DNA of 64,000 nt, taken from Lama guanicoe (lineage: Eukaryota). The stretch's first letter is position 1. Every line of letters begins with the position of its first letter. Under the pieces are notes generated by a model. The model was not told the DNA's origin, searched no databases, and saw only the letters and a program-made list of their open reading frames with translations. Below are positions 54,931 through 64,000 of the stretch, in pieces. Where the stretch lies: NCBI GenBank assembly GCA_013239625.1, contig MU054323.1:7615220-7679219 (forward strand). Direction: 5' to 3'. The translations under genes were made by a program, and so were the position numbers.

Positions 54931-55961
54931 GAGTGAGTTTTCTACGGTTTTTTCCTCACCATTTTGACTAAAAAGTAGGCCCTAGCTGAGGAGATGTACT
55001 ACTGCAGGGGACAAATAAAATTCTAAGAGGGGGAGGGTACGAGGAGGGATTCCCAAAAGAAGAGAACTAGAGAAAGGAATCCCCTAATTTCCACACAAGA
55101 CCCTGAGCTCTGCATACTTAGGACATTCCCAAACAACACAGCAAAGGCTCTGAAAACTGAATCACTGCTCACATCTCAGACTAAACCTGAGTGGCACATG
55201 CATAGTACAGATCCAAAACAGCAGAGCACAGGCTTTGAAAACTGAACTAATTATTGAACTAACATGACTAACACCTACAGAAGGTAAGACAGAACAGTTG
55301 GGCTACCTACTTAAAAAAGAGATAGAAATTATCATTCCCCAGAAGTTTTTAACAGAAAAACAGAGACTAAACACAACACAATATTCAAAAACCCAGAATA
55401 CAACCTTAAATTTATCAATAAACAAAGATCAAGGAAAATGTGACAAATTCTCAAGGGAAAGACAATCAACAGTTGCCAATCTGAAATTATCCAGATGTTA
55501 GATTTTTCAGACAAAAATTTAAAGCATTCGTTAATATTATACTCCATGAAGTAAAGATAAATGAAGTTAATGGGACGACAGAAGTTTTCAGCAGAGAGAG
55601 AAACCATAAACAAAGAATGAAACAGAAATTTTGGAATTAAAAGGTATAACATCAGAAATAAAAAATCTCACTGGATGGGCTCAATAGCTGAATTTAAAAG
55701 ACAAAGAAAAGTGTCAGGGGATGTGACAATACAGCAACAGAATCAATCCAATATGAAAGACAGACAGAAAAGGGTTGCAAAAAAAAATGAGCAGCAACTC
55801 AGGGAACTACGGTAAAATACCCAGAGGTAATCACAATGTTGGTAGAAGAGAAAGAATGTGGTGAAGAAAAAAATATTTGAAGAATGGCTGAAAACTTGCC
55901 AAATTTGGCAAAAGATATAAAGCTACAGATTCAAGAAGATAAGTGAATGCTAAACAGATTA

Positions 55962-56127
55962 TTTAAACTTTTTTTTTTACTTTTTTGGGGGGGTCATTAG
56001 ATTTATTTTATTGATTTTTATTTTATATATACACAAATATATTTAACTGGAGGTACTGAAGATTGAACCCAGGGCCTCATGCATGCATGCTAAGCACTCA
56101 GTCTACCACTCATCTATACCCTCCCTC
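55962..56127 (-). mobile_element. tRNA-Ala-derived SINE with 14-bp TSD
   Basis: Direct repeat tgctaaacagatta at 55948-55961 and 56128-56141; tggaggtactgaagattgaacccagggcctc is the reverse complement of the B-box region. Confidence 0.9.
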
Positions 56128-58155
56128 TGCTAAACAGATTAAACACAAAGAAATCCACACCTGGACATATTAAAAATCAAACTGCTGAAAACTAAGCAGT
56201 AAAGAAATTATCTTGAAAGCAACCAGACAAAACAATGTATTACTTATAGAAGAACAATGATTCAACCAACCAGGTATTTCTCATCAAAAACCTTAGAGGC
56301 CAAAAGGCAGTTGGAGCAACATATTTAAAGCACTGAAAAATAAGAACTATCAACACCAAATTCTATACCCAGAAAAAAAAAAACCTTCAAAGTAAGGCAA
56401 GCAAGCAAACAAACAAACAAAATACATTCTCAGATGAAGGAAAACTAAGAGAAATCATCACCAGCAGATCTTCTCTAAAAGAAATACTGGAAGGAAAGTT
56501 CTTCACGCTGAAGGGAAACAGTACTAGAGGGAAATGTGGACCTTCAAGGAAGCAAGAAGAACAAAAGAAATGGTAAACATATGGGTAAATGTAGTCAGTC
56601 TTTCAGCTATATATGGCTGCAGAGCAAAATTAGTAATGTTGTCTGGTGGGGCAGTCCATGTACAAGATGTAACATATACGACAGCTATAACATAAAGGGA
56701 ATGGATGAAGAGACCTAAACAGTAGTAAGGTTTTGCAAAACAAATAATTCAAAAGAAGGCAGTAGAGAGGGGTACAGTGAATTAAAAAACAAAAAGGAAA
56801 AACACAAAATAAATAAAGTGGTAGACTAAATCTAATCATATCAGTGATCATCCAGATTGGATTAAAAAATGACATGTTGTCCATCAAAACTTTACTTTAT
56901 ATATAAAAAGACAGTAAGTTAAAAGAATGGAAAAAATACATACCACACAAACACTAATCAAAAGTATTCTGAGTATTCAAATAAACGTCAAAACAAAGAA
57001 TATTACCAGGGATAAAGATGGTAATTAAAAAACGATAACAGAGTCAATTGACTAAGAAAACTTAATGCCCTTGATATAATATGCACCTAACAACAAATAT
57101 TCAAAATACATAAAGCAAAAACTGAAATAACTGAAAAGAGAAATAAACAAATGTACAATTATACTTGGAGACATCAACATCCTTCCTTCAATAATCAATA
57201 AAACAAGTAGACAGAAAATCAATAAGGATATAGAAGATTTGAACAACTCTATTCACCAAAATGACCTAACCGACATTCACAGAACACTCTACCCAAAACC
57301 AGAAGAAAATACATACACATGCTTTTCAAGCATGCATGGAACATTTACATACATCAAAACAGTCCATATCCTGAGTCACAAAATGATTTTTAAAAAATTG
57401 ACAAAAACAAGAGAGAAAAATCAATGAAACAAAATTCTGGTCTTTTGAAAAAAATAACAAACCTATAATAAGACTGACAAAAATAGGAGAGAAAATAAAA
57501 ATCACCAGTATCAGCATTGAAACAGATGTGTCACTATTCTGCAGCCATTAAAAGGACAATGAGGATATAGTACAATCTGACAATTCAGAAAGAATGGATA
57601 AATTCCTGAAAGACCACAAACTATCAGAACTCAACCAATATGAAACAGATAATTTGCATAGTCCTGTAACCATTAAATAAGTCAAATTTGTTACTTAAAA
57701 GCTACTGAAAAAGAAATCTCCAAGTCCAGATGGTTTCAATTGAGAATTTCACCAAACATTTTAAAGAACATCAATTTTATACAGTATCTTCCAGAAAATA
57801 GAAGAGGGAGTACTTCTCAACTAATTTTATGAGGTCAGTGTTACAACCAAACAGCAGTACAAAAGTTAGAAAACTAAAGACCAATATCTCATGAACTTAA
57901 AAACAAGATCTTCAACAATATGTTAGCAAACCAAACGCAGCCACATGTTAAAAAATTATATACTACTTCACAACCAAGTAGGATTTATTTCAGGTGTACA
58001 GGGATGGCTCAGTATTCACAAATCACTGTAATTTGCCATATGAATAGACTAAACAAGAAAAATCATATGGACATTATCAACTGATCACATAAGAAGCATT
58101 TGACAAAACCAACACCCACTTATGATAAAAACTCTAAACTAACTTGGATTAGAGG

Positions 58156-58582
58156 ACATTTGGGATGACATGTGCTCCTCCTCAAAAGATATACCCTCTC
58201 CCCAAGTTCCTGGGAATGTAACCTTATTTAGGAAAATAGGGTCTTTGCAGATGTAATTAAGTTAAGATGACATCATCCTGGTAGCCCTAATCCAATGACT
58301 GGTATACTCCTAGGAAGATGAAAATGTGGACACAGCAGGAATACTATGTAAGGACAGAGACTGAGAACAGGGTGATGAGTATACAAGCCACAGAACTCCA
58401 GGCAATCACAAGAAGCTAGGAGAGGGGCATGGAACAGATTCTTCCTCAGAGCCTCCAGGAGGAACCAACCCTGCCAACAACTTGATTTCCAATTTCTAGC
58501 CTCCAGAACCTGAGAGACGATTTCTGTTGTTCAAAGTCACCCCAATTTCTCGTACCTGGTACAGCAGCCCTAGGAGACTAAC
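58156..58582 (+). mobile_element. MaLR solo LTR (MLT1B-like) inserted in L1 ORF2
   Basis: ccttatttaggaaaatagggtctttgcagatgtaattaagttaagatga ... acagcagccctaggagactaaca; the L1 text resumes with gagggaaacttcctcacc. Confidence 0.85.
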
Positions 58583-59646
58583 AGAGGGAAACTTCCTCAC
58601 CTTGATAAAGAGTATCCACAAAAAACCTACAACTAATACCATACTTAGTGGTGAATGACTGAATGCTCTCTCTTTATGAACAAGTGGGCAGGGAAGTATG
58701 TGCTCACCATTCTTACTCAACACAGTACTGAGATTTCTAAACAGCAAAATAAGGGAAATGAATGGGATAGTGTAGAAACACAGAGGCAGCTCCAATGGAA
58801 CTGGTGATAAGGTCATTTCACAAGTGTTTTTATTATTGTGTTTCATAATTTATATATTTGTTACATATATTCTAAGTTTGAACTAATAAAATTTTAACTT
58901 AGCCCAAAAGAAAACAAGAATAGGGGAGGATTTCAAGAAAAAACAAATTCCAATTTGGAGACACTGACTTTCGGGGGCCTAATTCTATCAAAAATTATGA
59001 ATTGGAATCAGATAATCTCTAAAGTCATCTCAGTTCTAAAATTTTCTTATTCTATCTCCCATGTACATTTTTTAAATCATAGGTATAAAGAACTTGAATT
59101 TCCCATTTAAAAGGACAGCTATGATACTTCTTATCTATTTCCTCTGTAATTTCATGAATAAATAATTAAAATAGTGAAGTCCCATTTGTCTTTAGTCTTG
59201 AGGTATTTGTCTAGTCTCCTGAAGGAAACTGATCATAAATCTTAATTAAAAAATTAATCTAGTAAGGGAACTACTTAATAGTAATTATGTATTAATCTAC
59301 TTACTATTACTATATAACATTAAAATAAAAGGTGATAATTCTCCTTTAAAAAAAATACTGAGAGAGAAGAAGATACACTGAACTAAAGAAAAGGCCACCA
59401 GCTTTGTGGAGGTAATATCTGAGTTGATTTTTTGAAAGACTGTCAAGATTTTTTCATAAAGAGATGAGGATAAAAGATGGCTCAATGTCCTGAGTAAAGG
59501 TAAGAAATCTTAGATCCTCCTATTCAGGCAATAACACCGTATCAGTTTAGCTGTGGCGCAGATGGAAAGAAATCAAGTAACCATAAGTGGTAAATGGGAT
59601 CAGTCAATGATTCCAGTTATTCTATGGAAAAACAAATGAAGCCATC

Positions 59647-60372
59647 TGTGCCAGTTATCAATTTATCGACTTTTAGTTCTAAATCCAGCCTTCTTTGCCC
59701 TTTTCTGTAGTAGTGGAACTGGACCCTATAAACATTTCTCCTTTGCCAGCTGGCTCAATGTTAAGTTTTGTCAGTAGAGAGCTGGGAGAGCATCACAGAA
59801 AGAAAGAAAGGGGCCTTTTCTTCCCAGTTTTAGTGTGCTCTTGCCTGCTTGCTCTCTTGGCATGCAGCACCCCAGCAATATGAGAGTTACTCGTGGCACT
59901 AACCTTTCAGCAACGTTCAACAAAATGCCTGTGGGTGGATTCCCAGAAAATTCTGCTGGTGCCTCTGCTGGTCCCCAGTGAGCTGGACAAGTGCCCAGCA
60001 AGAGGCTTTCCAGCAAGTTCTAGTACCCAGAAAGTGGTTTCCTATGTGCCACCCTAGGCTATGGCACCAGTGAACTTACTGGACCAGAGCCTCACCTTCT
60101 CCAGGGAGAGCACAACCTGTGAACATGGAGGGGACTCCCTGAAAGTTATTCTTTACCGGGGCACAGTGTCTCAGCCCTAGAGGTAGCAGTTGCCCCCTAT
60201 TTGTTATTACTGTGTTCTTCTGTGTTATCTTTACCTTTTAGTCGTTAATTCCTGGTTACCAGTTAATAACCAGTTAACAACTTACAGTTAATAAATTAAC
60301 CAGTTAACTTAATAACTTCCCTGTTTAAATTACCATGTAGCTTTTGTCTGCTGACTGGACCCTGAGCACTAC
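59647..60372 (+). mobile_element. ERVL-type solo LTR (LTR33/LTR41-like)
   Basis: TG...CA ends (tgtgccagttatcaatttat ... gactggaccctgagcactaca); ctggaccctataaacatttctcctttgccagctgg; subfamily uncertain. Confidence 0.6.
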
Positions 60373-61914
60373 AGAACTATATAGCTCAAAGATGCAAAGA
60401 ACATCTTTTACAAACTCTAAATTTTAAAAGATTTTGAAAAAAAGAAAGAATGCCCCAAAGCCCAGAAACAGCTCCATGAAGCTGTATGAGTATATTCGTG
60501 AGACTAGGGTGTGAACTGCTCTAGGGTTTGAATTCCATGATCAGTGGGGGCAGTCTGTAATCACAGGAAGAAGTATGGACTTCAGTCAGGAGAAAATAGG
60601 AAGAAAGGGGGGCGCTGAGTTAGTTTTCCTGTAAACTGTAAAATCTACATCCTCAGACAAAAAGGAAATATCTTAAGTTTTTGAAAGGCTATTTTAAATA
60701 TTGATGGCTAATGTCAGCCATTTGCTATACATGTTACACTGATTCAAGGTAAAATAAAACCCTGAGTAAAATCTTGGAAAGAAACTGAAGTACACCCAGC
60801 CGAAATGCATCAAGTAGATACATCTGTCTCTCTGAATCCTGGATTTCATTTCTAGTGAAGCGTCGTGAGAGAGAAACAAAAACAGCTAACTACTCCTTCA
60901 ATATTTGGATTCACATAAACGTACAGCATAATCTAGGATCAGTAACACATCAGCTATAACGAGAATGGAGGGGGTTTCAACCAAGTAAACTCAATGAACT
61001 ATTTATTAACTTTTTAAAAAGGAAACTGTCTAGACAAATGCAAATGATTAAAAGCTTACAGAACTTTTTCAAAAGGTTTTAACAGTACTTCAAATTTGCA
61101 ACAAGCAATTATGTGTCGAAGAGCTCAACCCTAGGGAACTATTGCCAAGTGGTCATTAGTTAAGAGCAAGAACAATGAGGCTGTATTTCTGTATTTGATA
61201 TCAAAACAAATTTTTAAAAAACATTTTTAATTTTCTGAAATAACTACTTACTGGTGAACAGTATAGAAATTAACTTGTTTTTATAGATAGCCAAATTCCA
61301 CAGTTAGAGCACCTATCTAAATTATCAATAACTGTTACAACCAACAAGTCTCAAATTCTTTGTTTTTTTAAAAATCTTTTAATCTTTTCTTCCTCCTAGG
61401 GGCTACTCCAACCCTTTTAACATCTTATCTTTTCTAAACAGAACTAACCTACTTTTAGAATACCCCAAAACATCCCTTTTACCTGAAACAACAAAATCCA
61501 CATTTGCTTTCTTCCCTATGACTCCCATGGGAAACTAAACTATCTTTAAAAGGGGTACATTTAGGTATCAAAAAAAAAAAAAATTGAATACACAAAGTCA
61601 TAAGTTATTGGAGGGGGTAAAATTCAAGGATCTTATTTTTTCCCTGTTTTCTAAATGCTAATATGCTTAGTTATAAAGAGTATTTAATTTAAATGTTATA
61701 ATATTTTAAGAATATTGTATATGTTTCTAATTAATTCATTCAAAATTCCATAATTTAGGCACATGATTTTTTTAAAAAATTTTAAAAACATTTTTAAATT
61801 AAGTTATAGTCATTTTAAAATGCTGTGTCAAATTCCAATCCTATCACTTAACTTCTTCAAGGGACCAGTACCTCAATCTTTCTCATCCAAGAGCCAATCA
61901 CTTCATTTTTAATA

Positions 61915-62345
61915 CTTCTTTTTGTTGGTTGGTTGTGGCAAAATATACATAATATACAAGTTAGCATTTTAAGTGTACAATTTAGAGGCATTAAGTACAT
62001 TTACAATGTTGTGCAACCATTACCACTATCCACTTCTAGAATTTTTTCATCATCCCAGAAAGAATTTCTACACCAGTTAAACTAACTCCCTATTCTCTCC
62101 TACTCTTAGCCCCTGGTAACCTCTATTCCACTTTGTCTCTATTCTAGGTATTCTCACATAAAAGAAAGTGTACAATATTTATCTTCTTGTGTCTGGCTTA
62201 TTTCACTTGGCATGTTTTTAAGGTTCATCTATATAGTATGTATCAGAATTTCATTCCTTAAGGCTAAGTAATATTCCACTGAATGTATATACCACATTTT
62301 ATGTATCCATTTATTTGTTGGACATTTGAGCTGTTTCCATTCTAA
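61915..62345 (-). mobile_element. L1MB-like 3' end
   Basis: cattttaagtgtacaatttagaggcattaagtacatttacaatgttgtgcaaccattaccactatc ... gtctggcttatttcactt. Confidence 0.87.
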
Positions 62346-63281
62346 TATAGTATAAAATAATATAATATGGAATAATCAAAATTAAGCAAGATTCTTCAAA
62401 ATGGCGAGGCAGAGGGAAAACTGCAAAGGGAAAAAAGTTGAAAGCCATGCACTGAGGATTGAGGAACGAAAATAAAACAGTAAGGCACATTTTCAATAAA
62501 CATAGTATCTCTTTCATTCCATAGTCTATCTGAAAACTACAAAGATTATGAGACTACCATTTGACATATCATACAACAAGAGAATAAGCTATAAATACAT
62601 TTGAATGTGATCTTCCAATCACTGACACTTCATATATTCATTTAACAAATGGGTTTTCAATACCTACTACGTGCCAGGTTTGAGGGGACGCAGATAATGT
62701 CACTGCTTTCATGGAGCTACTAGCTTAATATAAGTTATAGAAACTACATGATTTTTTTAAGATCACAACAATATGTAATTTCAAATCTTAAGTGCTATGA
62801 AGGAAAAATACAGAACACTATAATAAACTAGAAAAGGAAAATGTAATCTAACTCAGAAAGTCAGCCAAAGTAATCTGAAAAAAACATATTCAAGCTGACA
62901 CCTTAAAAAAAGAAAAACAAACATTTAACTGAATAAAGGGGTCAGCACATACAAAGGCTGAGGTGGGAACTAGCTTCCCTACATATTTGGGAATTGACAA
63001 AACCAAACTGACACACACACACAAAAGCTATAGTGATGGACAAAATTGCACTCAGTTAGAGAACAGATAATGAGCAAAAAACAAAAAACAAAACTGAGAA
63101 GGAGAGCTTAGAGAGGAAGGAAGGAAAGCAGGAATGTTTGTGGTCCCTTCAGGTAATGATTCAGAGTTTCAAGGAAGTAGTCATCTGTGTTAAATAACGC
63201 GAGACGTAGAAAGGCAACAACTAAAAGTCTCATGGAGGTGAGAAAGTAGAAGTCACTGGTGACTTTAAAAAGTACTGATCT

Positions 63282-63529
63282 TTGTAGAACAGATAAACAA
63301 GATTACACTGTATAGCACAGGGAAATATACACAAAATGTTATGATAAATCACAGAGAAAAAAATGTGACAATGAGTGTGTATATGTCCATGTATGACTGA
63401 AAAATTGTACTGAACACTGGAATTTGACACAACACTGTAAAATGATTATGAATCAATAAAAATGTAAAAAAAAATAAAATAAAATAAAAAATAAAATTAA
63501 AAAAAAAACCAAAAAACAAAACAAAACAA
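63282..63529 (+). mobile_element. Young 5'-truncated L1 3' UTR with A-rich tail and 16-bp TSD
   Basis: actgtatagcacagggaaatatac ... aataaa plus A-rich tail; direct repeat taaaaagtactgatct at 63266-63281 and 63530-63545; TT/AAAA endonuclease site. Confidence 0.9.
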
Positions 63530-64000
63530 TAAAAAGTACTGATCTGTGGTCACGTAACTGTAACACCACAATAAAGTTTAACCAAGAATAGCTACTTGTT
63601 AAGCTGTCACAAAGTGAAGCCAGAAGCCATTTTCTGACTCCACCATCTTGCTACTTTTTTTTAAGTTCTTCCTCTTTCCCTTCTGTTCTTTATTTACTTA
63701 GTATTCTTTCTTATTTACTGTTGTTGCCTGCTCCCTAGAAATACACTGACAAGTTTAAAGTCACAGTTTTACTGTGTTAGAGTTGGATGACCTTGCAATT
63801 GGCATTTAGACTGAGGGCACACTGATGGAGTCAGATCTCTTTACAACAGATTTCCTGGTCCCCAGTGTGTATCAAAACTCTAATTTTATGAAAAGAAACG
63901 AAATCTCTAGCTCATTCCTATCCTATAAAACCTTAAAGTATTATAAAAAAAATTAGAATACCTTAACAGAATTTGTTCCTCAGAGTAACTAAAATCACTA

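Larger units (their letters stand above)
53661..58760 (+). mobile_element. Long degraded L1 (5' UTR, ORF1, ORF2 to RT) carrying several nested insertions
   Basis: ORF1-like ctacagattcaagaag and cttgaaagcaaccaga; ORF2-like tatgcacctaacaac, cttggagacatcaac, caagtaggatttatttcagg; stops and frameshifts throughout. Confidence 0.8.

Noticed and set aside
50968..64000. ASXL2 exons 1-2 and promoter CpG island
   Set aside because: I found no sequence encoding VLEKYPNTPMSHKEILQ and no CpG island, so they must lie beyond the window.

Overview
Mammalian genomic DNA (AT-rich, repeat-rich) covering the middle of ASXL2 (additional sex combs-like 2) on the minus strand. Nine coding exons can be read directly, all with GT-AG boundaries and a continuous reading frame. 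In human numbering they are exons 3-11: a 3-nt microexon at 50965-50967, then exons of 109, 151, 116, 142, 144, 164, 97 and 106 nt. They encode the end of the HARE-HTH domain, the Ser/Gln-rich linker and the ASXH/DEUBAD (BAP1-binding) domain. Exons 1-2 lie to the right of the window and exons 12-13 to the left. The rest is intron filled with L1, L2, MIR, MaLR/ERVL LTRs, hAT/Tigger DNA elements and five tRNA-Ala-derived SINEs that suggest a camelid genome. I find no evidence of a wholly new biological system. The most interesting signals are in splicing: a microexon that doubles as a possible zero-length recursive site, a candidate unannotated exon in intron 5 whose ATG is in frame with exon 6, decoy donors in exon 11, a NAGNAG acceptor, and a lengthened CAG/polyQ tract. 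Repeat family names and comparisons with human or mouse come from memory, not from a search.
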